Position numbers and translations under genes: made by a program. A stretch of DNA of 64,000 bases from a plasmid. Shown in pieces: positions 39,418-49,136 of this stretch; position 1 is the stretch's first letter, and every line of letters begins with the position of its first letter. The notes below the pieces were generated by a model. The model worked only from the letters and a program-made list of their open reading frames with translations. It ran no database searches and had not been told where the DNA came from. The DNA is taken from sequence record NZ_CP033968.1, one strand, 5' to 3'.

Positions 39418-40446
39418 GTTCAGGCTATCTGCGACGAGGCCAGGGTATGCCGGATCATCTGGCACAAAGCCACCACCGGTCCGTGACGAACGCACGACGA
39501 CGATGCCTTGCCCCATCGCCTTTTTGATGGAGGGGATGGCGCGCAGCGAAACACTACCGGCGCCTACACCTGAGGCAATGATGCCTTTGATGCCGTTGTT
39601 TGCTGCGGCTTCGTACATGAATCCGGAGTCACTTTGATAGTGCGCGATCACCGCGACTTCGGGCAAGACATCGAGTTTTGCGACGTCGAATGGCGTGGCT
39701 TTGGTGTGAGGCTTTGCCGTGGTGGTTTCGAAGTAGGGGACTTGATCGACCAGTGTTCCGAGGTAGCCCGCGTCCTGCCCCTTGAAGGTGTCCAAAGAAT
39801 TGGCATTGGTCTTCGTGACATACCGCGCAGCGCCAATACGATCATTCAACACGATCATGACACCGCGTCCGCGGGCAGACGGGGCTGCGGCGACCGTAAC
39901 GGCCTGGAGGATGTTACTGGGCCCATCCGCGCTAATCGCCGTCGAGGGGCGCATCGCGCCGGTCACGACCACCGGCTTGTCGCTCTTGACCACCAGATTC
40001 AGGAAGTAAGCCGTCTCCTCCAACGTGTCGGTGCCGTGTGTGATGACAACGCCGGCGATATCGGGCTGCGCCAGGAGGGCGTTCACGCGCTTTGCGAGTT
40101 TCAGGAGAATCTCGTTGGTCATGTTGTCACTGCCAACGTTTGAGATCTGTTCACCCGACACGCGTGCGACTTTTTCGAGCGATGGCACGGAACGAAGCAG
40201 CGCGTCGGCGGTCAGCACGCCAGAGGTGTATGCGGTCGTTTGGGTCTCGCTTGCGCCGGTACCCGCGATGGTGCCTCCCGTAGCCAGCACCGCCACACGG
40301 GGCAATGCAGCTTCTGTGGGCTGGGCATGCGCACCCGTCGAAAGCGTAGCGGCAAGGATGAAGCATTGAGTAATCAGCCAGCGAAAACGGCCTGGAAGGG
40401 TGCGTTGTTGTGTCACAGAGTGCTCCACTGATTTCAGTTTGAACAT
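39418..40446 (-). pseudogene. ansB: L-asparaginase II (periplasmic), N-terminal 343 codons. Interrupted after ...VADSLN by the transposon. The ORF-track C-terminus [13 protein letters not shown] is encoded by the transposon repeat
   Basis: Signal peptide, TGGTIAG and HGTDT active-site motifs, GVVITHGTDTLEETAYFLNL. Joining to 23676..23590 across one copy of the TSD restores ...[15 protein letters not shown]... Confidence 0.85.
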
Positions 40447-40469
40447 GTCAATTGATTTGACACGCAGAC

Positions 40470-41237
40470 TCAGGCCAGTACGTGGCCCAGGAACTCGCGT
40501 GTGCGGGAGTCCTGCGGATCATCAAAAAATGCGTCCGGTTTGCCGTGCTCCACGATAAGTCCTTTGTCGGTGAAATAAATGTGGTGGGCCACTTCCCGGG
40601 CGAACCTCATCTCGTGGGTCACGAGGACACAGGTCATGCCTTCCTGCACCAGCTCTCGGATCGTGATCAGGACTTCTTTGACGGTCTCGGGATCCAGTGC
40701 TGCAGTGACTTCGTCGAACAGCATTACACTAGGCCGCATGGCCAATGCTCGTGCGATTGCCACGCGTTGCTGTTGCCCGCCCGAGAGGTGGCCGGGGTAG
40801 GCGTTCTCTTTGCCAGTCAGTCGGACTTTTGCAAGCAGCGTCATGGCGCGCTCGCGGACTTCGTCGGGGCGCTGCTTCAGAACCTGGACGGGCGCAAGCA
40901 TGATGTTCTCGAGCACCGTCATATGAGGGAAGAGGTTGTACTGCTGAAACACCATGCAGACGTCCTTGCGCAAGGCAATGCGTCTCGCACTGTCGGAAAG
41001 GTCATGGACCCTGTGCCCCGCGGCATAGATCTCGCCGCTATCCGGCTGAACGAGACCATTGATGCAGCGCAGCAACGTCGACTTGCCGGAACCCGATGGC
41101 CCAATCAGCGCCACGGCTTCCCCTTTGCCCACGGTCATCGAAACGCCCTTGAGCACCTGATTTGCGCCGAATGCCTTCGTCACGCGGTCGACTTTCACGA
41201 TGGTCTCGCGAGTATTGTTAGTCACGAATGTCTCCAT
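40470..41237 (-). CDS. Polar amino-acid ABC transporter ATP-binding protein
   Basis: GPSGSGKST Walker A, LSGGQQQRVAIARAL signature, LLFDEVTAALD Walker B. Confidence 0.9.
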   Translation of the reverse strand: METFVTNNTRETIVKVDRVTKAFGANQVLKGVSMTVGKGEAVALIGPSGSGKSTLLRCINGLVQPDSGEIYAAGHRVHDLSDSARRIALRKDVCMVFQQYNLFPHMTVLENIMLAPVQVLKQRPDEVRERAMTLLAKVRLTGKENAYPGHLSGGQQQRVAIARALAMRPSVMLFDEVTAALDPETVKEVLITIRELVQEGMTCVLVTHEMRFAREVAHHIYFTDKGLIVEHGKPDAFFDDPQDSRTREFLGHVLA

Positions 41238-41246
41238 TTTTATGTG

Positions 41247-42014
41247 TCATGCCACGGCGAAGCGGGCTTCGAGCCGTCTTGTCCAGCGCGCAATGGGCGC
41301 GCAATAGGCAAAGAAGAGAATGAGGAGGAGCCCATACACAGGCATGAGGAGTGCCGGGCTGTTCTCAGCCGACAACACGGCCCGTGCCACGGTCACGCTA
41401 TCCTCGACGCCAACGATGGACACCAGCGGCGTGGCCATCATCAGGATGGCGTAGACGTTCATCCAAGGGGGAACCATCCGCTTGACGGCCTGGGGCAACA
41501 CCACCAGACGAAGAATCTGCCAGCGGCTCAACGCCAAGGAGTCCGCGGCCTCCCACTGGCCGGAAGGAATCGACTGAATGCCGCCACGCACCACCTCGGA
41601 GACGTTCCCCATGACCGGTAGTGCAAGACCAATGATGCCTTTGGCCCAGCCAGGAAAGGGTATGTCCGTGCCCAAGAGCGTGAACTGGTTGGGGAGCAGT
41701 AAGACGCAGAAAAACAGCAGGACGAGCCATGGCGCATTGCGGAAGAACTGCGTCACCCACTGTGAAGCGACTCGAAGCTGGCGACGCTGCGCGATCTGCC
41801 CCAGTCCCAGCCCTGCGCCGAGGAGGGTTCCGATGGCCATCGATGCCGCGCTGATGCCTACGTCGACGGCGAAGCCTTGCAGGAGTAATGGGAGCCACTT
41901 GCCCAGCGCCGCGGCGCCGGCCTCACCATCCTTTGCCAGGGCGGAACCTGCGTAGGCCGAGAGCGCGAGCGCCGGCCACCATTTTGACGTTGCACACTTC
42001 ATGTATGGGCTCAT
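41247..42014 (-). CDS. Polar amino-acid ABC transporter permease (HisMQ family)
   Basis: EAA-like loop and 5 TM helices. Stop/start overlap with the next permease gene. Confidence 0.8.
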   Translation of the reverse strand: MSPYMKCATSKWWPALALSAYAGSALAKDGEAGAAALGKWLPLLLQGFAVDVGISAASMAIGTLLGAGLGLGQIAQRRQLRVASQWVTQFFRNAPWLVLLFFCVLLLPNQFTLLGTDIPFPGWAKGIIGLALPVMGNVSEVVRGGIQSIPSGQWEAADSLALSRWQILRLVVLPQAVKRMVPPWMNVYAILMMATPLVSIVGVEDSVTVARAVLSAENSPALLMPVYGLLLILFFAYCAPIARWTRRLEARFAVA

Positions 42015-42748
42015 GCTTTTCCCCAGCCAGGTACTGCGACGGCATGCTCGATCCTGTGCATCAGCCAGGTGAAAACGCCAATAACGGCGATGTAGAAGAC
42101 GAGGAGAAAGACCATCATCTCCAGCGCGTTCAAGCTTTCTGACCAGATTTGCGAGGACGCATAAAGCAGCTCAGGCACGGCAATGGCGAAGGCGTTGGTC
42201 GACGTCTTGATCAGGTTCACCAGGTTGTTATTCAGGCCGGCGAAGCTGATGCGCAACGACAGCGGCAGCACCACCTTGCGAAACGTCTGACCCTTGTTCA
42301 TCCCAAGTGCATCGGCTGCTTCAAGCGTAGAGTTGGGGACGGCCTCCATGCCAGCACGAAAGATTTCCACGTTGAACGCACCGGCATAGAACGTCAGCGA
42401 GACGATCGCCCAAGTTACGTTGCTCAGGACGGGGGAGGTGCCGCCGAGCAAACCGGTTAGCGCAGGGCCCAGCGCAAAGTAGAAAAAATAGAGCTGGACA
42501 AGCGGGGGCGTGTTTCGGAAAGCCTGCACGTAGAGGTCGACGGCACTCCTGGCGAATTTTCCACCCGAAAACTGGAGGTAGGCGCCGATCGCCCCCACAA
42601 CCAGGCTTCCCACGATCGACGCCACCGACAGCCAGGCGGTGTAGCGTATGCCCTGGAGAAGAAGCTCCTTGTCGAACTGGTCGTAAAAGAACGAGAAATT
42701 GATGCCTTGAGTGCTGTTTAGGCCGCGAAAGAGTTCTGCGATGTCCAT
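42011..42748 (-). CDS. Polar amino-acid ABC transporter permease
   Basis: Paralogous permease, 5 TM helices. 4-nt overlap with the downstream permease gene. Confidence 0.8.
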   Translation of the reverse strand: MDIAELFRGLNSTQGINFSFFYDQFDKELLLQGIRYTAWLSVASIVGSLVVGAIGAYLQFSGGKFARSAVDLYVQAFRNTPPLVQLYFFYFALGPALTGLLGGTSPVLSNVTWAIVSLTFYAGAFNVEIFRAGMEAVPNSTLEAADALGMNKGQTFRKVVLPLSLRISFAGLNNNLVNLIKTSTNAFAIAVPELLYASSQIWSESLNALEMMVFLLVFYIAVIGVFTWLMHRIEHAVAVPGWGKA

Positions 42749-42756
42749 CTTGCCTC

Positions 42757-44133
42757 CTAGGCGTGCGCAGCTGGTCGCAGAAGATCGCGCGCTTCAGGCA
42801 GACTGGCTATGCTCATCAGCCGATCCCACAATGCCTCGCGGCCAGAAGCTTCCAGCACTTGCGCCGTGCAGTCCTTGAACTTCGTGCACAAGGTGTCGAT
42901 CGACGCGGGCTTTTGGGGCATGCCTTCGGCCGCAAGAATGGTCTCGCTGTAGCGTTCGCCGTTGGCGAGCGTAATTTCAACGCTGGCACCTTCCGGATAG
43001 TCTGCCCGCTCGCGCGGATCCACGAGTTCCGCATCGGCAATCATTTCGATGTGCGTCATCAGAACGCGAAGTCGTTCGTCGCGCAGCGTTTCCATATTGA
43101 GATGGTTGATAGAGACCGGCCCGTACAACAGCGCGCAGGCGATCGCGAACGTCATCGAGAACTGAGCTTCTGACGGCGCCGTCGGTTCCAGATATGGCAG
43201 GCAGCTAGCGGCCAGCGGCGTGGTTCGACAACGGATCCGGACGATATCGGCGACACGCGGTCGCAAGGTGGTGGCAATCATCAGCGTGGCCTCGATCGCG
43301 GCCTGAGTCGCGGAGCACAGGGGGTATAGCTTGAAAGCGATTCCTGGTGAAATCAGTGCAAAGCGGGTTCCAAGTCCGGCGATGGCGTCTTCATGAAACC
43401 GTCCGCCGTTCACCGTATTAATGAAGCCGAAAGCGTGATGTGTGGTATTGGTGCTCCCCGCGATGCCGGCCTTGGCCGCAAGCGCCATCTCGACGCCCAG
43501 TCGGGCTGCCATACCGCAGAGGAACGGTTTGCCGGTGGAGCCGTGTGTCGCGCGCAGCCCCAGGGGAATGTTCATCGAGAGACGAATGGCGTTCGCGACT
43601 TCCTCCACGCCTAAACCGTAGAGCTTGCAAGCCCCGACGGTCGCCCCCAGGATGCCCAACGTCGCCGTCGTCCAGTGTCCGCGGGCGTACAGCGTCTCGG
43701 TGAGCGCCAGGCCCAGGGTGTACTCGACTTCGGCTGCACAGATGAACGCTTCCAGCAGTTGGCGGCCGTTGGCACCGATTTCCTCGGCGACAGCCAAAAC
43801 GGCAGGAAGTATGACGGCAGACCCATGGACGATTCCAGCGTAGCTTGTGTCGTCAAAGTCCAGGACATGCGAGGCCACTGCATTCAGGTACGCTGCTGAC
43901 GGTGCATCAGCAGTCGCGCCCGTGCCGATAACCGTGCAACCGCCTTGATGAAATCCAGTGCGGGAACAAAGGCCGTAGGTCTCAGTGCGCGACCCGGCGT
44001 GAGCGACGCCCATGACGTCTGCAATACATAGCGTGGCTGCGCCGATGGCGCCTGCCGGTGCTTGATCGATGGAGAAACGGTGTACCCATCGGGCGATGGT
44101 CGTTTCCAGGTCCATTTGGTCGGCTTCCAGCAT
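42757..44133 (-). CDS. MmgE/PrpD-family protein (2-methylcitrate dehydratase-like fold; function here unknown)
   Basis: About 459 aa from Met 44133; family-typical N-terminal helical domain (AIGAATLCIADVMGVAHAGS...ASHVLDFDDT) and C-terminal domain. Embedded inside the amino-acid ABC operon. Confidence 0.7.
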   Translation of the reverse strand: MLEADQMDLETTIARWVHRFSIDQAPAGAIGAATLCIADVMGVAHAGSRTETYGLCSRTGFHQGGCTVIGTGATADAPSAAYLNAVASHVLDFDDTSYAGIVHGSAVILPAVLAVAEEIGANGRQLLEAFICAAEVEYTLGLALTETLYARGHWTTATLGILGATVGACKLYGLGVEEVANAIRLSMNIPLGLRATHGSTGKPFLCGMAARLGVEMALAAKAGIAGSTNTTHHAFGFINTVNGGRFHEDAIAGLGTRFALISPGIAFKLYPLCSATQAAIEATLMIATTLRPRVADIVRIRCRTTPLAASCLPYLEPTAPSEAQFSMTFAIACALLYGPVSINHLNMETLRDERLRVLMTHIEMIADAELVDPRERADYPEGASVEITLANGERYSETILAAEGMPQKPASIDTLCTKFKDCTAQVLEASGREALWDRLMSIASLPEARDLLRPAAHA

Positions 44134-44135
44134 TG

Positions 44136-44960
44136 TCACTTTCCTGCAGCCAACTTCGTCTGGTTTTCCTTCAGGAACTCGGTGGGCTTGAGACCCCACT
44201 TCTTTTCCTCTTCGATCAGATAGCCGCTTGCGTGCCACTGTGTCACGGTCTTGCGTACGAAGTCGCCGTATGCCGTGTTGAGTTCACCGATGGGGACAGC
44301 GATTGCCCAGGGTTGAAGGTCCTGAACGGGCAACGGCGTCGTGTAGTCATTCCACTTCGCTTCGCCGCTTGAAATGATGGAGGCCAGGAGGGTGCTGTCC
44401 TGCACGAAGCCGACGCAGGAGCCCGTCAACAAGGCGTTCAGTGCTTCGACGTTCCCAGGGAATGCCACGATGTTCGCCCCGTACTTCTGCGCCACTGCCC
44501 GGTTGTAGTACGCGCCTTGCGTGCCACAAATGTCTTTGCCTCGGACATCTTCCCAAGTCTTGATGCCGGCGGACTTTCGGGCGAGCAGGCTCGTCCCGCC
44601 TGCGTAATAGAAGGGCTCGATGACGCCGACCACTTTCCGACGTTGGTCGTTGACCGACATGGTGGCAATCATGAGATCGATGCGGCCTTGCTGCAGGAAC
44701 TCGATGCGGTTGGCGGTCTGGACCGGAACCAGTTCCAGCTTTACCTTCAGTTTCTGCGCCAGATCTGCAGCCAAGTCCGGTTCCAGGCCAACGACGGCAC
44801 CCTTCGGATCGAGGTACCCGAACGGTTTGTAGTCGGTCTTCACGCCAACGCGTAGCACACCGGAGTTCTTAATACGATCCAGCGCGGGGCTTTGTGCATA
44901 GGCCTGAACCACAGTCAAAGCGGACAGGGCGGCGGTTGCCCATACGATCAGTTTCCTCAT
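44136..44960 (-). CDS. Polar amino-acid ABC transporter periplasmic substrate-binding protein (family 3)
   Basis: Signal peptide MRKLIVWATAALSALTVVQAYA plus SBP_bac_3 fold motifs (LRVGVKTDYKPFGYLD). Confidence 0.85.
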   Translation of the reverse strand: MRKLIVWATAALSALTVVQAYAQSPALDRIKNSGVLRVGVKTDYKPFGYLDPKGAVVGLEPDLAADLAQKLKVKLELVPVQTANRIEFLQQGRIDLMIATMSVNDQRRKVVGVIEPFYYAGGTSLLARKSAGIKTWEDVRGKDICGTQGAYYNRAVAQKYGANIVAFPGNVEALNALLTGSCVGFVQDSTLLASIISSGEAKWNDYTTPLPVQDLQPWAIAVPIGELNTAYGDFVRKTVTQWHASGYLIEEEKKWGLKPTEFLKENQTKLAAGK

Positions 44961-46008
44961 TGTCTTGTCTCCTTTTTTAATACCGCCAGAATGGCGGTGC
45001 GCTGTCGCGCGGTGTCAGGCGGCAGGCAGGGCGGATCGAAGCACAATGGCGTTGATCGGAGGCCGGAAAATCTGCCGCGTGATTTCAGTTTATGGGCTGT
45101 TGCATAAGCCAAGGGCGGTCGGCGTCCCGTATCAGGAAATCTAATACTGGCTAGCTGCAAGGCGTGCTAGTGGGGGAGGTCAATGCGGGTTTACCGAATT
45201 GGTGGATTCCCTATCTGATAGGAGGGTCACGGCAAGCACGGCTGCGCTTCCTGCGTGGTGCATAAGGCGGTGGGGGATTTTGGGGTCAGCGTGTGAGTAG
45301 ATTGCGCTCAGGGTGGCAGGTCTGAATGGGCAAGCGCGACCTCGGAATTCTCCCTATCCGACGTGGGTGGGTGGAAGAAGTTGCCTAGGATATTGAACGA
45401 GTAAACCTTGGCGGTAGACCGCCAGCGGAAGGTGAGGGCCAATGTTGGACTGTGTCCCCCTGTCCCGTTAGGCACCCGGCAGGTCTGCAAAGGGCGCGTT
45501 GATCCGCGAGAGGTTGGCGACCGCGCCTTTGAATGCAGGGTTCAATCGACATCCGGGAAGAGGCGTGCTTGCGTCCGGTGTTCTCTGCCGACGTCAGAAG
45601 CCGGGCAGGGGCACGAGCGGCGGCATTTTTCCCAAAGCAGGCCAAAACGCGAGAAGGGCGGGTGCCGAGAGATCGAAATCGATCTTTGCTTTTCGCTGGA
45701 ATAAGGCGAGCTGCATGATGGGCATTGAGGCGATGTGGCGAAACTGTCCTTCTAGAGTATGCGCCAGTAGGCCATGTCAAGTGCGCGTTGTCCTGTGCAA
45801 CAGCGTGGGATGCGATCCTTCTACCATGGCAGGGTGCATTTGCTTCGCCGAGCTTTTGCAGGGAACAGGAAGACGCCGTGGCGCCGCGGTCTGGGCTAAC
45901 CCGCGCTTCGCACTACCTGATCTGCAGGATGATCCAGCGCCAGCCGTTCATGCTTGACCTCGTCACCATGAACGGCAATACGACGATCGCGGATTTCGAA
46001 TACTGGCG

Positions 46009-47028
46009 TTACGTCGATGCGCTGCCGGCGGCCTGAAGCGGTGCGCTGCCCGCGGGCACCGGACTGGCATGGGTGACGTAGTGGATTGCCTGCAGCACCC
46101 CGTCGACCGAAGGCGGTGCGCCGTTATCGCCGACCGACACCGACTGGCCTGGCTTGTTGACGCCAAAATGCGGACGCGATGTCGCGGTGAACAGCATCAC
46201 CGTTGGCTTGCCAAGCGCGTCCGCCAGATGCACGAAGCCGGTGTCCATGCCGACAACCAGTGACGCCGCGTCGACGCGCTGCGCACACTCGGTGATCGAC
46301 ATGCGGGGCAGCACCTCGGCGCCGGGGATGGCCGCAGCCAGCGCCTGGGCTTCCTGCTGCTCCTTCTGCGAGCCCCAGGGCAACTGCACGCGATAGCCGC
46401 GCCGGGCCAGCTGATGCCCAACTTCCACCCAGTTCGCCTGTGGCCATTTCTTGATTTCGAGTGACGTCGCGTGGAACAGCAGCGCACGTGGCACGCCGTC
46501 GGCATTCAGCGGCGTGGCCGGTGCCGGCACCCGAAGCTCGGCCGTTTCGTGCGGCTCGATGTCGTAGCCCAGCGCGTTGGCCACCACCATGCGCATTTTC
46601 TGCCGGCAGTTGGCATCGCCATGCGGCCCGAAAATCTCGGTGTAGGCGAACACCGCCTTTGCTTCGCCAAGGAACTCGGCGGCATAGCCGAGGCGCCGCT
46701 TTGTCCGGGCGAGCCTGGCCGCAATGGCACTCTTGTAGACACCGTGAACGTCAATGGCCACGTCATAGCGCTCGCGGCGCAGCGACATCAGTGCGCTGAA
46801 TATGCCGCGCAGGTCGCGCCATTTGCGGCCATTCTTCTTGAACTGGCGCAGGGGCGGCGCAATGACACGATCGACGCCTACCGCCCAGTTGGGGATATCC
46901 GCGCACGACGCGTCGGCAATCCAGTCGATTTTGGCTTCCGGATAGGCGCGCCGCAGGTCGTACAGCAGCGGCAGGGTATGCACCATGTCGCCAAGCGACG
47001 TGATCTTGATTACCAGGATGCGCTTCAT
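46009..47028 (-). CDS. ADP-heptose:LPS heptosyltransferase (GT9; WaaC/WaaF/WaaQ family)
   Basis: MKRILVIKITSLGDMVHTLPLL N-terminal signature and C-terminal GMDTGFVHLADALGKPTVMLF motif of GT9 heptosyltransferases. ORF is open to 47133 but the family start is Met 47028. Confidence 0.8.
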   Translation of the reverse strand: MKRILVIKITSLGDMVHTLPLLYDLRRAYPEAKIDWIADASCADIPNWAVGVDRVIAPPLRQFKKNGRKWRDLRGIFSALMSLRRERYDVAIDVHGVYKSAIAARLARTKRRLGYAAEFLGEAKAVFAYTEIFGPHGDANCRQKMRMVVANALGYDIEPHETAELRVPAPATPLNADGVPRALLFHATSLEIKKWPQANWVEVGHQLARRGYRVQLPWGSQKEQQEAQALAAAIPGAEVLPRMSITECAQRVDAASLVVGMDTGFVHLADALGKPTVMLFTATSRPHFGVNKPGQSVSVGDNGAPPSVDGVLQAIHYVTHASPVPAGSAPLQAAGSAST

Positions 47029-47752
47029 GCGGGGGACGGCTTGATTGAGCGAGCGCGGCCGGATCTGCCCGCGGCGGGCCAGTATGCCCCAGGCCGCCGC
47101 TCCAGCGCGTGACAATTGCGTAATGAACGACACACTCTCAGCTCGCCATTCGGCCCTGCGTCGAGCGGGCCGTTGGCGCGTTGTTTACAGGGCAGGCTGG
47201 TCCGGTCAAAAAGTGCGTACTTCGGTATTGCGCTTCGTACCCTTGGTAAGCGTTGGCGTCGCCATCCGCAGAATGCGCCTCTGCAGACCGCGACAAGGCC
47301 GGAGCCTACCGGCAGTTTTCCGAATTGTTCACTATCGTGCCTCCGGAGACTCCTCGCCGTGAAAGGCATTGCGCTTCCATTGGGCGCGAGGTTGCTGCAC
47401 CCAAAAAGGCTCACTCGAAAATTCCTGCCTTGCCCCTGGACGGGTTGGCGGGCGACGCCGCCTTCAAAATGCGCCTGGACACGCCGCACTCCCCAAACCC
47501 TTCTATATATAGAGGGCGGGAAACTCGCCGGCGCAGTCGTCGCGCCGCCCGCCGCCCGCCTCCCTCGTCGGCCCGTCATCTCGCGCAGCATCGGCATCGG
47601 CGGGCTGAGGTTGGCGCGATCCCCGTCTCAAACTAAATGGGCACACTTGCAAAATGCCTCATAAGGTACTTTTCGTGCCAGTCCCCGCCAAAAATGCACT
47701 TTTTATGTGTGCATGATAACTACACTTATCAAGCATAGAAAAAATAAGGTAC

Positions 47753-47812
47753 GGGTCACCTAGTATCCCGCACAGGGCAGGGCCTATAATGTGACCCATT
47801 CGCGCGTGACCC
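47753..47812. promoter_or_regulatory. Inverted/direct repeats GGGTCAC-N31-GTGACCC-N8-GTGACCC overlapping a TATAAT -10 box, 50 bp upstream of the island's first gene
   Basis: Read directly: GGGTCAC 47753..47759, TATAAT 47785..47790, GTGACCC 47791..47797 and 47806..47812. The region immediately 5' (47640..47750) is conspicuously AT-rich. Confidence 0.4.
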
Positions 47813-47861
47813 GCGCCGGCGCTGGGCTGGCGGGTGGCAGCGCCCACCGACCCTGAACCAC

Positions 47862-49136
47862 ATGGACCGCGATCCCGACACTCTGCAGCAGGTCACCCAA
47901 TCCCACCTGGAGGCCGCCGCCGACGCATGGCAGGCGGGCGAGCGGGTCCCCGGGCTGGCGTCACATTCGCCGTGGGAGGCGCTGATCGCGGGGCAGTGGT
48001 ATCCGAACAAGGCCATTCTGGCGCTCGCGCACCGCCTGGCGGGTTTCGGCGACCTCACGGCAAAAACGCTGGCCGGCGCCGCCGTCCGCCGGCGACTGGT
48101 GGCGCTGGATATCCCGCTGCGGAATGCCAGACAGGAGACGAGCTCCGACACGCGTCCGGATTGGTCGCGGCTCCAGGCGCACCACGTGGAAGCCGGCGCC
48201 GCCGAACTGTCCCGGGAACTGGAACACTTGATCTCGATAAAACAGATTGCCCACAAGCCGCACGAGACCGGCTGGCGGGTAGGCGTGAATGGGCTCTGGA
48301 TCGGGCCATATACGCTTGGCACCGCGGCCTGTGACGTGGCGGGGCTGCGTTTCGAGCGGGAGATGACACCCGTCGAATATGCGCAGTACCGCGCGCACCT
48401 GGAGTCGCTCGGCTTTCCGGTGAAACGTGGCCGGACACCGACCCGCACCAAACCCACCTGGGGCGCCGGCGAATTGCGCGCCGCGGCAGCGGCGCTGGTC
48501 GGGAGGGATCTTGAAGCCGCAGACGCCGCCGAAGGCGAAAGCGAACCGCTCCAAGTGGTCCTGGACGGCCGGGCGTACCCAGCGTCCGACCTGCTCGGTC
48601 TGCCGGCCGGCCAAACGCCCTCTGCGCAAGACCTGACCGCGATCGCCGAAGCCGGGGGCGCCTTGCGTGCCGCTCCTGACCCTGTTGACGACGCGCTGGA
48701 AGCCTTGGCCGCCCAGAGCGGGTTGCCCACGGAAGCGGCGCGTCAGGTGCGGGGCCGGATCGGGCAGGGACGGTTCCGCGACGCGCTGCTCCAGGTCCAC
48801 GGCCGCTGCGTCCTGACCGGCATCGCGACCCCGGCCGTCCTGCGCGCGGCGCACATTCATCGCTGGGCGGACTGCGCCGACACACCGACCGCCCGCCACG
48901 ACATTGACAACGGCCTGCTGCTGGCCGCGAACCTCGACTGCCTGTTCGAGACCGGGCTGATCGCCTTCCACGACGACGGCCAGATCCTGATTTCACCCGA
49001 ACTGGACGAAGCCGCGCGTGACGCGCTGGGCCTCAGACCGGAACTGCGGCTGGCGGTCGTACCATCGGCTGGCCAGCGCGGTTACCTCGCCAAGCACCGC
49101 GCACGCACCCGGGCCATGCGCGGGGCTTCGGCATGA
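47862..49136 (+). CDS. Two-domain protein with C-terminal HNH_2-type nuclease domain (restriction/Abi-like)
   Basis: C-terminus GQGRFRDALLQVHGRCVLTGIATPAVLRAAHIHRW...DIDNGLLLAANLDCLFETGLIAF fits the HNH_2 pattern (Q-G-x-FR...C.ITG....L.AAHI.P.....N..NGL.L....H..FD.G). The N-terminal roughly 300 aa is uncharacterised. Stop overlaps the start of the recombinase (ATGA). Confidence 0.65.
   Translation: MDRDPDTLQQVTQSHLEAAADAWQAGERVPGLASHSPWEALIAGQWYPNKAILALAHRLAGFGDLTAKTLAGAAVRRRLVALDIPLRNARQETSSDTRPDWSRLQAHHVEAGAAELSRELEHLISIKQIAHKPHETGWRVGVNGLWIGPYTLGTAACDVAGLRFEREMTPVEYAQYRAHLESLGFPVKRGRTPTRTKPTWGAGELRAAAAALVGRDLEAADAAEGESEPLQVVLDGRAYPASDLLGLPAGQTPSAQDLTAIAEAGGALRAAPDPVDDALEALAAQSGLPTEAARQVRGRIGQGRFRDALLQVHGRCVLTGIATPAVLRAAHIHRWADCADTPTARHDIDNGLLLAANLDCLFETGLIAFHDDGQILISPELDEAARDALGLRPELRLAVVPSAGQRGYLAKHRARTRAMRGASA

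Noticed and set aside
40482-41621. 379-aa plus-strand ORF
   Set aside because: Antisense to the ABC ATPase and permease genes.
44961-45725. Long (about 760 bp) intergenic region upstream of the ABC operon with several short ORFs on both strands
   Set aside because: ORFs are short, overlapping and motif-free. Likely promoter/leader region. Could hide an sRNA but nothing in the sequence supports a specific call.
47961-48996. Two >300-aa minus-strand ORFs
   Set aside because: Antisense to the HNH-domain gene, Arg/Pro/Gly-rich low-complexity translations. GC-artifact.
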